Positions 13,801-28,415 of a stretch of 63,678 nt of DNA are shown here, one piece after another. The notes under the pieces were generated by a model. It was given only the letters and a program-made list of their open reading frames with translations. It made no database searches and was not told the origin of the DNA. The DNA lies in assembly GCA_044892505.1 (NCBI GenBank), contig CM097883.1, forward strand, positions 189,348,323-189,412,000, in the 5' to 3' direction. Position 1 is the first letter of the stretch. Every line of letters begins with the position of its first letter. The position numbers and the translations under genes are program-made. This stretch comes from Schmidtea nova. Taxonomy: Eukaryota.

Positions 13801-16800
13801 AAAACTTCATTGCTGGATTCGAAATATGATTTATTAATTATAATTAATAAAATTAAAATACATTGTTCTAATCATATCTCAATTATTTAATCTTGCTATT
13901 TGAAATTGTTTATATTCACACATCATCACCATGCACAAACTATATTTACAATGGACGAAAATGCTTTAAAAGTATGCACAATAGAAAATTTTGAAAACTT
14001 CGACTTTTGGGCGTCCCGAAAAGTTGGTTCGGAACAATGGGACAATAGACTTAAAACTTGTGACAATCCAAATTAATCAGGACGCCTGACAACCATAAAT
14101 ATAACAGTGAAATAAAATAAATCTATCGATAATAATCCTCTTATTTAATATTCACATTTAATATTCACGTTTAATAAAACACTGATTTAATTCATTGAAT
14201 AAATTTTAATTACCAATTTAAATTTTTTACTAGGTGAACAATAATGCGATGTGACAGTAAAAATAATTACTGTAAAACATTAAGAGTAAAAGTGAATTAA
14301 AAAATTAGGTCCATTAAAAATAATGTATGAAAAAAATATTTATAAAAGATCTTGTGGATTACTAATCTAAATTCAAAAAATAAATTCTTTAAGCACAGAG
14401 TTCAATTAAAATTCACAGGATATTTTTATTTAATTAATTCTAAATTATTAATTAATCTTTAATTCGATCAATAAGGACAAATAAACCTAGACTTCGTCTT
14501 TAAACTCAGTCTAGAAACAATTATTCCTGCCTCTGTATTGCACGAGACAACAATAAAAGCTTTCTCAAATGCATTATCGAAAAAAAGCAAAAATTTAACA
14601 GGTAAAGGTGAGAAATAGTTCAGTGAAGTTTAAGTAAATTTATTCTTTTTCACTGACAAAAACAGTTAAGCGGATATTGCTTGATAATTATTATAATAAT
14701 GTTGTTAATTATTGGCTCAAATATTGTTGTTTAAATAAGTTAATTTTTTTTAATTTTTTTATGTTTTATAATTTTTAAACTTATCGATTATTTTACAAAC
14801 ATATTATAATGAAAATAAATAAATAATAAAGACAAATTTTTTTCGAAAGATTTTTTAAAATTCCTGAAGCATATTTTTTAAAAAAATTTTGAACTATTTT
14901 TTGAAAAATTTTCTAAATACATTCATATTTGCAAACAACAATATGGTTGAAGAACCAAATCCAATTGACAATGCTCTAAAACTCGAGTTCAGAGAAGACG
15001 GATATGACACAAGAAAAATTTAAAAGAATATAGAAGAAAACTAAAAAAATCTATTTATTTGGTCATTATATTTTGTGATATCGAATTGAAAGCCCCTGAA
15101 TATAAGAATGATTTTATCGAAATATAATTTTGGATTGGTATTTGTTATTAATTATTTCTGCATTGCCTGTGTGCCAACATATTTAAAATATAATTGTTAA
15201 AATAAATTTTGATGACTCTGAGTCATCTTTTATTTTTTTTAATTTTTAGTGACAAAGACCATTTTTTGTACTATATCAAAATAACAAAACTTTAATTTAT
15301 TATTCATAACTTTTTTATGACTGTATTTATTAAAAATAGTTATCAATTCAAAATTAAAAAAAATATTAAAGGCTTAGGTAGGTATTTATTTTAGTTTTTA
15401 TAAAAAAAAATTCTGTTCAACAAAATATTAAATAATCATCTAAAAATTCAATTGAGTACGATGGAATATTTAATACGACTATGCGTATAACCATACATTG
15501 AAATATTTGTGACAATATCTTTTTCCCTTATTCTCTCCTTTCTGCTATCCTTTGTGGCAACGAACAGTGTAGTATTTACATAAAATAATTTTGTTTTGGT
15601 TTCATTTACCGGGAAATTTTGCTTGGTCAGCTCACATTTTTTCTACATTAGAACTTCTAAATTTGTCTTTGGTCTTTATTTTACATGTTTTGTAAAATAA
15701 TAATTTGTAGTTCTTGACTTTTTGATTTTATTTTCAAAATATTCCAGTGGTTTATTTTCGTATCTTCCGTGCAACTTAGCTTAATATCACAATAGTTTTC
15801 CTAGACTCATCCAGTTATTTGACAGTTGGTTTAAACAATTACACAGGTCACTCTTAATTATTAAGTGTTAAACAAAAATACACTATTTCAAATAAACAGT
15901 TTTATATTTCCGAATTTTATATCATCTGTTAGTGCTATTTTTCTTTTTTAATACAGAAACTTCTGAGACACTTGAATATTCTAAAAGAGATTATTCCCTC
16001 ATTTGCTCCTTTACTTATTTTTTATTGTATTATCGTACTTGGTTGTCTTTATTACTCATTTATTAATTTTGAAGACCAGCTTCGAATATCAGTAAAATCT
16101 TTTATTCATCAGTATAATTATCGATTTCCCTTATCTTCATTTCAAAAATAGATCAATATTTTTATTTATTTGCGTCAATATTTACTGAAAATATTTAACA
16201 CTGATAAATTTGTATTAAATTTAAAACTACTGAAATATTGCAATAGCCACCAGTTCGAGAAACTCTGGATTACACTATTTATTTCTATTCTTTCAGCATA
16301 TAGATCAAACTGTTTTGAACTTAGCAAAAGTTTTTACACTGCCTTTTTCAGATAAAATACAATTCTTTCAGAAGTAGAATAAATTAGACAAAATGTAATC
16401 CATTATTGAATACCTTTTTAGTTTTTTTCATAATTTAAAAGTAATTTAACTAACAAAATTACTTTTTATCTATTCATTTAATTATTAAGCATTTTTATGT
16501 TTTACTATAAGCGAAAATCTTTTCTCTTTAGATTTTTAATGAATGCTTTTATAATTTCATTTTTTACTTTTTATTGAAACATTAAATGTAGCATCGAAAC
16601 AATTTGCATATAATTCGTAGAAAGAAATATGGAATTGAGTTCAAATACTAGACAAAATGTTCTCTAATAAATAATAATTTTATTATGAGGATTCTCAATG
16701 GAAAATCTTGTATTAGGCAATTAATTCGATGAGAAAAGATAAATTAATTGAAAAAAAGCCTGAATTGAGATTAAAAGTCAGAAATCAATTTTAGGCGTAT

Positions 16801-17444
16801 TGGGAAAGTTTTGTTTAAAATTTTTCACAGTTATATTTCTTGTAATTTTATTAATTTTTTATGAGTTTCAAACAGCCAAGTAGAGATTAGGGGAAAATAA
16901 GTTCGAACGTAGAAATATTTTTTTCTTCGAAAGATAACCTTTTTCTTAATCAATAAAAGATGAATTTAAGTGAACATTCTAGCCTCTTCAAAATTCAGTA
17001 TTTAGTTGTCGATTATTAAAAACATAAATGCAAAAATATGTGTCTGCTCGAAAAGTAAAGATAGCTGTAAAATAGACAATCACTGTTCATAATTACTGTT
17101 ATATGTGCGAGTGTCAAGGGGACAGAAGTATCTCAGAAATTTGATCCTTCTCCGCTTTTAAAGGAATACATTAGATAAAGTTAATCTGACGATGTTACTG
17201 ATCAAATTACTTCACTTAAAGATATAAGAATTAATTTGCTGTAGAACTAGCCTATATATTTTACATAATGTTGAGTCCTTGTCATAATATAGTTTTTAAT
17301 GTAACGAAAATTAAAATAAGATTATTAAAAAAAAATTATCTGAGCTCACACATTTCAAAACACACACAGTCAGAAAGAGAAAAAAGTTTTCTATCTGACT
17401 GCAAGTTTGACCGAAACAATATTATTAAATACCATGACTAAAGC

Positions 17445-17960
17445 AGAGGCGTAGCTAGGGGGGTGCGGGGAGTGCGGGCCGCACCGGGTGACCACATTAC
17501 AGGGGTGACACCAAAATGAAAATGGCATTTCAATAGAGAGAAGATTACGGTTCAAAAAGAAAATGGCAGGGGAACAACCAGGAATGCTGGACTCACTATG
17601 CAAGAAGAGAACAAAAGAGCGATGCTAGAGTGTATCGATCGTTTTCATTCTGAACTTCAGACCAGATCAATAGTGATCAAGGAAGTAGCTGATATGTTTG
17701 AGGCTGTTCAAACCAAGAGTCTTCTATCAGCATCTGAAGAAGAGTTGCATGTGTCAGTTCCAAAATTGACCGCGTTCTACGATGAGCTATCTGAAGTTGA
17801 TCTTTTAAAAGAAATACCAAGACTGTGAAGGCACCTGAAGGCAGCAGATATTGATTTCCACAAAGCCAAAGACTGGTCAATATTTGATTTTTCGAACTTT
17901 ATAGCTGAATGGGACTTCAATGAATCTCTCCCTATACTTTCGCTAAGCCTAGAACTATTT
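17445..17960 (+). mobile_element. hAT-like transposon fragment (end motif plus degenerate transposase C-terminal piece)
   Basis: GC-rich cagaggcgtagctagggggggtgcgggg end-like motif followed by a disrupted ORF (IDRFHSELQTRSIVIK...). Confidence 0.5.
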
Positions 17961-20900
17961 GATTTTATCAATTTCTATAAGCTGTTATTTGTTAAAATTC
18001 ATCATGTTGTCTTCGGAGTGCTGATGATAAGTCTACGTTATTCAACAAGCTACCAACAATTCATAACGGGAAAAAATATAATTCTACAATTTAAAACTAA
18101 GGTGCTATATAATTCGGATAAGTTCATTTTTAATGTTAAAAGAAAATTTTTAAGTTTATCCTAAATTTATAAATGAATAAATAATCATTAATTTTTAATT
18201 AAATTAAACATTTACATAACAAACAGATAACAAACATTTACATAACAAATCAGCATAAATCATACAAAAGACAAAAGAAAAATTTGTTATTCAGGGATCA
18301 GTTTAATATACATAAGATTCCGTTTTCACTATAGGTCTTGCCTTCAATAGTCAAAGACTTCGATTCAGGACCAATTCAGATAACTCGTACTAACTTAAGA
18401 AAAATAAAATATGATAATAAGACATTAATAAACTATCAAGAATTTTGTAAATGGGAAACTTTCAATTTAACAGTAGGCAAGTAAATTTGATAAATAATTT
18501 ATAAGCTCCTTTTCATATAAATTTAATAAACTTCGTCTATAAACTCTCATGTTTATCAATCAAGGAACTTTCTTACAATTTTTCCAAAGAAATACTTTAT
18601 TCTAGGCATTTGATCTTGTGATGGCATGACTTTTTTAAAATTTATGAAATTAGTTGAATAATTTGAAATAAAATGTAAGTAAAATATAAATCAGTACCAC
18701 GCTAAATGTCAATAAATTCACAAAGTGACTTTAATCAAATCGTAAACGAAAGGATTTTGCAACCTTGCATCTTTAAGGTTTCAAATTATTATTCAATGTA
18801 ATCAATTTTCTACACTTTTAAAGTTTTCATATCTCTTTTTTGTCGTTTAATGCTAATTTGATCAGCGTGGATATGATTAAGTGATTTTTCAACCAAATTC
18901 GCATTTATTTTGGATTGATTTACGCAGGTGAGACAATTTATTCCACTTTTTCAAGTTACAACAATTGTTTTATTAACACTAGATCAAGTATTCGTTAGAA
19001 TATGACTGTAGGTTTTAGTAAAATTCATTTAGACTACGAAATCGGTTGGGTTTTTGTTGTTTTTATATTTATTAGTTTGGCTAAGAGAGACGTTTTGATA
19101 CATAGATATTTGAAATCTTTCAGCTTTTAATCATCATGTTTGTAACGCAAGTGTATTTTATATTTCAAATTTATGATTTTTAAGTCACGACATTATAAAT
19201 AAGAATAGAAACGATTTTATAAATAAAGAGAAAATTACTATGATAATACCTTGCTCTTGGTCAGGCCCCCGTCCATGCACATCAACACTACAGGATGAGG
19301 TGATTGAGAATGTGTGAGCGTTGTCATTATAAATACATTGGCACAGAAAGTAGGGTTACACTACTTACCGGCGATCTACACAGGCTACATAATTGACACT
19401 GGCTTTGCTATTCGCTCAACCAGTACCAACGTTGGAAGGTATAAAGAAATTTTTTAATAAAAAAGAAATTCTATACTGTTTAAATAAGTTAGGTTTATCT
19501 TGTATGAAATATTTTTAGTAATAATAGGAAAAAGCAACAAAATTTATAAGTGGGATATTGGTTTAAAATAATTTATTATATGAAAAATATAAAATAATTT
19601 CATAATTTCATAATTAATAATAAGAATAATATAAATGATAAAAAATAAAATACCTGGTATACAACCAACAAGGGCATGATCCGATGTTCCATACCGCGAC
19701 ATAAAGGCCATTCTTACATTTTAAATTAGTTCGCGGGAAAAAAAATTGTTTCGGCTTGCTGGTTCTGTTTTGAGATATCAGCAATTGTCGATTTTGAAGT
19801 TTGACGATCCTAGTTCCGAACTAAGTTGTGTTTTCAAGAACAAGTTTTAAAATTACAAGTTTGAAGAAGTGAGGAAGTGTGATGTGGAAGTGTTGACGAA
19901 AACTGAAAGTAAATTTTTTGTTCTAATGGACATCAGTTTATATATCGATTCTCGTTGCATTTCCTAGTTGATGCGTTTAAACAAATTTTCAAGATCGAAT
20001 TTTTCGATTTTACCGAAAATTAAATCAATATTTTTGTCCAAATCTTATAGGAATTCTAAATAAATTTATTTTAACATCAAATTTTTATTAGTCAAAGGTT
20101 TTACTAATTTATATAAATTTTAGTAAATTTTTATTTAAATCATTTTTTTCTTTTACATTTTATTATTTAAATTTGTAAAAATCGAAAGATTTTCCCATAA
20201 ACCATTTAGATTTTTTCTAATTTGTAGTTAGATTTTGTAATTAGTGTTTTATGGTTTTTCTTGTGTGTTTTCACGCATTTACTTGATGCTTCTTTGTTCA
20301 TTTTAATTTTTAGATGCGTTTTATTTAATTTTTGATGTGTTTTTGTTATTAATTTGTTTACTTGGTGTTTTTTGTTGATAAAGTTCATTTCTTGCACGAT
20401 CTCTGCGTGCTGTGTTACGGCTGCGATTAAACAAAACTTGTTGGGCTTAATTTTTACCCAACATTACCATCTCATTTTAACTTTTTAACTTTAATTTTCT
20501 CCTTCCTAATTTTCATTTTTTTATTAAAACTTAATATCAAATTATACTTTAAAAAAAGTATACGAATTTTCGACAGTCTTTTTAAAGTGCATATTTCTTC
20601 TCACTTGAAAAATTCTGTGTCGTAAATTTGTGTACCTTTAATGAACTCTAGTCTTTATAAAATTGAATTAAAATCATTATTGTTTTTTACCTCCGATCTT
20701 TTTTGATTTCATCTTTTCAGACAATAGATCAACAACTTTTGTTGAATAAAAAAAGAAATTTTATCTAATGACTTAAAAAAATGAAAATAACGAAATTAGT
20801 TCACTTAATACTATAATATTTTCTTTAATTTTTTATTTTAAAGTATTTACTTAATATTATTTTATCACAACAAAAATATAATATATAATATATACAACTT

Positions 20901-21398
20901 AAAAATAATTAATTATTATAGAGAGGGACAATGACGTATACCCTCCGTGAGCCACACTGGGCCATCTTATTTGTATTTCGTTAAAAAAAATTTAATTTTA
21001 TAATTTTCATGACAATCGAATTTTATTAAAATTATATTTTAGAGAATCGGATGCAAAGAGTATCGAGAGAAAATCTTATTCAAAATTCATTCGAAAATGT
21101 TGCTGTAAAGACGAAGTTAAACAAATTATGAATAACATTAACGGGTAAATATTAGTTCATTTAGTGATTATTTATTACAAAATATTTTAAATGAAATATA
21201 TTTTAAATATTCATAGAAAGACTAGAGTGTTTCAAAACTTTTAAAGATTATTAAAAATTTTACAATTAATTAAACACTGAAAAAGGAAAGTGATGGAGTA
21301 AAATAATATAACATAATTTATCATGTTAACTCTTACTGTGATAGAAATCTTTTTTAAAAACATTTATTTTTTGTTTTGTCTTAATTGATGTGCTACAC

Positions 21399-21870
21399 CA
21401 GCGTTTCCCAAAAAGTTTTTTTCACCGCGGCACCCTTTTTGATTTCAAATTTTTGACGGAACCCTATTTACAAAATTCTTAGAATTTTATTATCGTGAAT
21501 ATTAATAAGAGTTATAGTATTATAGGAAATTATAGTATTTATTAAAAAAAATAACAATAATACAAAAAATAAAATAATTTTCATTCGATTGTTGATTAAT
21601 AATATAAAAAAAATTAAACTTATGAATGTTATTAATGTGAAAAGTTGTTGTTGTTTTTTTTCCCTTTCAAATCCTTGTTATATCTGGTTTTATTGTTCAT
21701 AATTGGATGCGCATATCTGCCCAGCAATTCAATCTATTACGAATTATTTATTAATCTTTATTTATAAATCTTTATTTTTATTAATTATTTATTTACAAAA
21801 AGTTCGCGGAACCCCCGCTATCAGCCTATGGAACCCCAGGGTTCCACGGAACACACTTTGGGAAACGCTG
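21399..21870. mobile_element. 472-bp non-autonomous hAT (Buster/Charlie-type) MITE
   Basis: 14-bp TIRs cagcgtttcccaaa / tttgggaaacgctg; 8-bp TSD tgctacac/ggctacac with central TA. Confidence 0.9.
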
Positions 21871-23214
21871 GGCTACACTATTTTGACAAAATAGAACATT
21901 ATTTTGAGTAAAATACGTGGTAATACAGAAAATATAAAGAAAATTGAAATCTTCAATTTTATTGCCATTTTTCAGGATGGACCCAGCTTCCATTGGACGT
22001 ATGTGATAGAAAGAGTCTGTAAAAGAATTAGAAAGCTTTATGTATTTAATATTTTTGGTTTTTAAAATTTTCATTTAGTATTTGTTTAACACAAAATTTT
22101 AGACAATTGTTTGAAACTTGAAAATTATTTATTTTACAGAATTAAAAAGAAAAAGTAAACTGTATTCTTTGATTGACTAAATTAAAATCTACCGCCGCTG
22201 TTCAAAGAGGATTTAGAACACAGTACAAGTAAAAAGTACCATACAAGACTTCCATATCCTAGTGGATGAAAAAATATAAAGAAAAAGATTCTGTCAATAA
22301 TAAACTACAGTCTGGGAGGGCACGTGTTTCTGAAGAAACTGTAGAAAAAACCTTCAAAGCAAGTTCAAAAAAATCATTAAGATTGGCATCAATTTAACTT
22401 AGGCTTTTAAAGTCTAAGTTAAATGGTTTCTAAATGAAAAATTCCTTAACATATGAATTGGGGTTGGACCATTTATTAACATCCATGTTCACAAGATTTG
22501 ACTCCATTGGATTTTTTTATCGGTACATGTGAAAACCAATGTTTATTTAACCTAACCTTGACCATTAGAAGACTTATGAGATAGAATAACTGATGTCATT
22601 GCTGGCATTACTGAAAGTCAGCGAAAAAAATATATTCAGAGAACTACATAGCTGCGTTCTTCTTTGTATTAGTAATGATGGGGATATATTTAAAATTAAA
22701 AAGACCAATAAAAATTGAAGTGCTTCTTCTTTCTTTTGCTTTTTACATATTCTTTCTATCTCATATGCTTACAAAGTTACAAGTATTTTATTGCAGACGG
22801 ACTTTATAGACAATCTTTATAACTAAGTTGGCATGAATATTTCTTATCTATATTACCAATATCAATGTCAACAATATTTAAATAATAAATAACAAAACAA
22901 TATTTAATTGAAAAATCAAAATGGAGTTTTATTCAAGATTTATTGAAAATATAAAAAATACCAAAATATGCCTCAAGAATTAATTAAGCTTTTTTTATTC
23001 AAAGATTGTATGAACAAATATAGTAGAAATCATACTGATAAAAATGAGAGAAAGTAGAAGGAAAAGTAAATTTTTTTTTATCTTTATGTGTGTAATTATA
23101 TTTATGTGACAGTATTAGGCTAAGGAACAAATAACTTTAAAGTTTGTTTTGTCACATCAATAACCATTAAAAAAATAAAACTTACAGATTTAAAATACGA
23201 AAATGGAAAACAGG

Positions 23215-23215
<1 letters not shown>

Positions 23216-23267
<52 letters not shown>
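23216..23267. repeat. (TA)n microsatellite
   Basis: Direct observation. Confidence 0.95.
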
Positions 23268-23270
<3 letters not shown>

Positions 23271-23669
23271 AAAATAATAAATAACCAGCAAAGTAAATAG
23301 AGAGCGATGTATAAACAATTGAAAATCAACAGAAAACAATTAAACAAGGCTATCGTCATTTGACGGGCTTTATATACAACTTGTATTATTTCAAATCTAA
23401 ATTTAAAGTGAAACATATTTGGTTTTAATAATCAGGTAAAAGTGATAAGCCTTTCTCCGGAATGCTTATATTTCGATCTTAAAAAGATCCTGATCACTCC
23501 AATACTAAATTCTTTCCAATTCACTTAGCATGATTTTTCTGAATATTTTCTTTCTCCTGAATTCTGATTTAATGTAAATTATTTTAACAAATTAAGACTC
23601 ATTCTCGAGATAAATTAAATTGAAATTGAAATTTTTTACACATTAAATTTTATTTTTCAATCTTCAACC

Positions 23670-24010
23670 AGTGTCATACTATCGCAAGTGCAACAAGTGC
23701 AATCACTCTGGGCTCCTTAATTTTTAGGGGCCCCCAAATATTAAATAAATCAGAAGAATTTTGAGTTCATTTTAGAATGGAGTTTGGAAGAATTATATCC
23801 CAATGTATGTATCGTATATCGAATAATTTTAACAATACTCATTTTCGTTGCTCATTGTGAACGATCATTTTCAAAACTAAAATTAATTGAAAATTATCTA
23901 CGGTCTACAATGTCACTGGAAAGACTTTCTGAATTAGCAATACTATCGATTGAAAATGAACCAGCCAGAACAATTGATTACAATGATATAATTAATTAAT
24001 TTTCCAGCAA
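23670..24010 (+). mobile_element. hAT transposase dimerisation-domain fragment
   Basis: YPNV...CERSFSKLKLIENYLRSTMSLERLSELAILSIE is the hATC dimerisation motif; an end-like ccagtgtc lies upstream. Confidence 0.8.
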
Positions 24011-24502
24011 AATAGCTAAAATATTGCTTTGTTATTTATTTGAATAATTTTTTTAATCAAAATCAATAAAAATGAATTCAATTGAAGACGGCGTTGTCTT
24101 CAACAAATTAGAACATTTTAAGAAATTAAAAAATTCAATATAAAATTAAATTTTGCTTAATAAAATGATCTTTTTCTATCTTCTCGAAAAATAAATCTTA
24201 TTAAAAAAATTTTTCTGAAGCTATTTTAAAGACGACATCTTAATCTGGGTTACATTAAAAATTTTAGAGTGTCGTTAAAAACTCAAATTGAAGCAAAATG
24301 TATTGATAAGATTGAGGTTTTATAAATCAATTAAGTCTGCGAATGTAAAATGACTCTACATTCCACCCTACACACGGAATTGCGATAATTTGATTTCAAA
24401 GAAGATAATGCAAAATGAAAATGGATTATTTTTGATCTTAAATTCTGTAATTTACTTGAAGGAAATACAAATGCATTTGACAACTTTAGTAATAATTTGT
24501 AG

Positions 24503-25028
24503 ACCTCTGTTGATGAATTGCAATTTCTCTCGCAGCAAATTTGTGGTAAATTGCATGCTTGAGTCGAATGTCGTAATTGTCAATTGTGAAATGTATGACT
24601 GCGGAGATATTATTCGGCTTTCTCGATTCAGCAAGGTGACGTTTTATGTTTTATATAATAAAAATTACAATTAAATTACTTTTAATTTTAGGCTTTTATT
24701 TATCATAATAGAATGCACCATTCATCTGGCAGTGCCATATGCTTGAAGCATGGTTCTGAAGCAGTTATCATTGGTAATGAAATATACGGAATGGTTGAAG
24801 GCGCAATTGAAATTCGAAAGAATACATCGCCTATTATTTTAGTTAATATTAATTAATTTTTTAAAATTTAATATTAATATTTGATTGTAATTATTAGGCT
24901 AATAAAATCCACTCAAACGAAAAATGTGGAATTTCTTTCGTTTCCAATGGTGGCCAAGTTGAATTCAATGACATATGTTTTAATAAAGTCGGTATCAACA
25001 TTTTGCACTCAGCCAATCCAATTATTCG
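24503..25028 (+). CDS. Host beta-helix gene, exons 24503-24635, 24692-24841 and 24898-25028
   Basis: Two 56-nt GT-AG introns. The spliced frame gives AFIYHNRMHHSSGSAICLKHGSEAVIIGNEIYGMVEGAIEIRKNTSPIIL|ANKIHSNEKCGI...SANPIIR, which are PbH1 repeats. Confidence 0.85.
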
Positions 25029-26685
25029 GTATGTATCATTTGTATATTATTTGGTTATGTGAAATTTATGTTATTATTTGATAAAAAATTTGGATAAAAT
25101 ACCTCACTACTACCGTTCTTGAACCTTTTAGGTACGGGTAACATCAATAAGCGTTTTTTGCGTAATACATCATATGATTATTTATTAATGATATGATATA
25201 CCTCTTATTCTAAATTAAAAATCAACAATCATTTTTAATCTTTAAATTTATCTTTAATTTGGAATCATCTTTTGTGACAGTAACACATAAATCTTTGTTT
25301 GAAAAAATATTTTTTTGCGTCCTGGGAGTGCGATTTTGCGAAATATACCTTTGCATAAAAAGTTAACTCGTTAGCTGCTATGAGATAGTAACCTTGATCA
25401 ATTTCCCACCAAATCGAAAAGCGCTAATTTTATTGACCTCAATGCAAATCGATTAAACGTGACTTCTCAAATTCTAGTTTACGAATATATGATATCTCGG
25501 TTTGGCTTTTGGGTGCAATCATTTCAGCTAAATGGGTTCACACTCAATTCGTTAATATATAAAAATTAGCACAAAGACCTATTTTAAATGAAATTTATTC
25601 AACAATAATAGTTTTCATTAATTTTTTTTATTGTAAGACTTTAAAATAATTCTTTTTTTGATCTATAGACTATAAAACAAAAGATATGAAAATTTTAAAA
25701 TACGTCGCCTTCCCGATATTTTAGAATGTGCTCTAGAGTAAAAAAAGGTTGGGAACCACTGCCCTGAATAGTAATGTTTAATTTAAAGTGTCATTAATTT
25801 GATCTTGACATACGTTTTTGACCTTAGTGTCGTCAAAGTTATTTAATTGTAAAATTTGACTTTAAATTGGCCTACATTAGTACCTGATATTAGACAAAAA
25901 ATAAGTATATTAAAATTACTTCATTAAAACCTTTCTCTTTGACCTACTTTATTCTAGGGGATCGACAAATATATGACTGAGACACATACTAATACTATTA
26001 AAAGATGTTTTTCATTTCAAATCTCGTACATACTATCACTGAAAAAACAGTCTAAACTGAAATTTGACAAACAACAAATATATATTTAAAACAAGAAGTC
26101 TTTAAGATGAATGCAAACAAAACAATTTTAATCACAAATTATGCCATGATACAAAAACAATAATAAAAAGGATTCGATACAAAATAAGATTCGTACCTGA
26201 TATTAGACAAAAAAAGAAATATATGAACCTTACTAAAGCTATATTAACAAATGGAAATTGATATTAAATTGGAGTAGATAAGATATATTTTTCGGTCATA
26301 AAAAGAAGTATGTATATTTTGTTGGGCCAGCCAAATAGAGGGAACAGTGAAATAAAAGTAGATTAATTAAAACAAAAAAGAGAAAAATAAGATAAAAAGG
26401 GGAATATTTATTTATTAAAAGAAAGGAGTAATATAATAAAAATATAGATAAACTAAGTACAAGCTATAAATAAAAATAAAGGAATTTCGAGATATTAACT
26501 GGCCCAGGAGACATCTAAAAAACAAAATAAATACAAATAATGGTAATTAAAACAAAATAAAAGTACTTGTTATTGAATAATTGTTTTTGAAACCCAGACC
26601 TCCGAGGAAGAATACAATCTAAAAAATAAAAATTAATTAGAATCAAGAACAATAATTAAAAACCACCCTGAAAATGGCCGAACCT

Positions 26686-26730
26686 GATTGGTCGGTCTAG
26701 ACACGACTGATCAGTATAAATACTGATCAG
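26686..26730 (+). promoter_or_regulatory. Candidate LTR promoter: inverted CCAAT box plus TATAAA inside a palindrome (copy at 52117-52161)
   Basis: GATTGG at 26686, TATAAA at 26715-26720, and AATAAA with a T/G-rich tract about 150 nt downstream. Confidence 0.6.
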
Positions 26731-27629
26731 ATTTTTCATAAAATCAGACGTTTTGACTAGAGTGAGACTTTAGTAGACTTTGTTAGACTGAAATTTAGAC
26801 TTTAACTAAAAATTCGCATTAGATTGTACATTGCCCCGACGACGATCACCGTTTAGACCGATTTTGATCAATAAATTTTCAGAATTCAATTGAGGTATTT
26901 TTGGTATATTTACGTTTATGATATCGTTGTATTCGTATGTCATTATCATATTATAATTTATTAGTTATCTCATTTTGATTTATGTTATATTTAAACTATT
27001 TAATCTATCATATTAATCTCGCGCCGTTGGGAGCTTTAGGTTCCCAAGGTGTCCGTCCGTGGCGTGGTGCTCGAGGGCTCCACACACGGTAAAGTAATAA
27101 ATAGTAAAGCATAATTTTATTAGTAGTGGTTGAGACTTGCACATGGGACACCCAACAAATCCGGGGAGTTATTTTCCGATCATTTTAGCTACAGAGGGGA
27201 CGATAATTTTTTGATAAAGCTTAAAGATATGAAAGAATTCTTTAACCGTGGGGAGGCACGAATTGTTGCTAGATAAACGTCTAATAAACCTTAGAAAATT
27301 AGGTCGACCGCATTTGGTACAAAGGAGCGTTTTTTCGAATAAGCTAGGGATACATGACGGGAGAGAGCTTCCGTTTTGAGGTATCAATATTTTGAAAATC
27401 CAAGCAGACAAATCACCATTTTTTCAACTATAATATTGATCGTAAACAGATAAAGCTAACTAGATACGAGAGTAATGCATACCGTAACGAACGACAGTTT
27501 CTCTTGATTTCAGCTAAGGTCTAAGGGGAAGGCAAATAATAAGGGTATCACGATGAGAGATAACATTTACTATGATTAATTATTGATGTAAATTGTAACT
27601 ATTATAAAATTCAGCATCGTTTTGGAATC

Positions 27630-28097
27630 ATGACTAAGCATAGATACACTATCAAAAAACGACAAGAACGAGCCCGAGTTAGCCCATTAAAGCCGGCTCC
27701 TTTCGAGATTTTACAGCAAATCCATCAAAAAATGTGGGCATGGCGCCGAGAGCTTGAAACCGCCTGTCCATTTACAGTATGGGACCATCCACGGCACCAT
27801 GTATGGTACCGGGGATGCGCTAGTTGGCCAATCATTCCAGATGAGGAATTCGAATCATGGCACGCCGCCTGGTTCGTTCTGATGCTAGATCAACGAGGAT
27901 TCCCGAAATGCGTGATATATTGGGGGTTCATTCCAGCCTCTACCTTCAAGGAATTGGGGTTCAAGTTCAATACAGCAATACGACCCCTTCGGGAAGCTGA
28001 GAGGATCCGTTTTCAGCAGGCCTCGTCCAATATCAACACAAATTTGCAAATTAAATCGATATTTTCGTATCGGGGAAAAATGACCGGAGATGGATAA
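27630..28097 (+). CDS. LTR-encoded ORF A, 155 aa, unknown function (Trp/aromatic-rich)
   Basis: ATG-initiated ORF in a GC-richer island, AATAAA about 30 nt after the stop, identical copy in the 3' LTR. Confidence 0.6.
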   Translation: MTKHRYTIKKRQERARVSPLKPAPFEILQQIHQKMWAWRRELETACPFTVWDHPRHHVWYRGCASWPIIPDEEFESWHAAWFVLMLDQRGFPKCVIYWGFIPASTFKELGFKFNTAIRPLREAERIRFQQASSNINTNLQIKSIFSYRGKMTGDG

Positions 28098-28415
28098 TTG
28101 AATAAATGGCCACCTATTTTTGAATTTAATAAATGTTTTAAAGAAGTCTGAAGTGTCTCATTTTGTTAATAGTGTTGTCATGTAGATTTAGTATTGTAGT
28201 TGTTATAGTCATTAGGAAATTCATTTATTAATACAAAATTAGTTCAATAAACCTTTTGAGTCTTCAATGGTTAGATAGTTAAATACTTTTGTAAAGAACT
28301 CGATAATTAAAAACATTAGTATACATCTCGTTTAATAATAATAAAGAGTAGACTAAATAAAATAACATTGTTGATAGGTCCTCCAGCGAATTTATCGTTA
28401 TAATATTCAGACAAC

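Noticed and set aside
26315-26319. 5-bp TSD as in Ogre-type elements
   Set aside because: TATTT on the left does not match ATTTT on the right; only the 4-bp ATTT matches.
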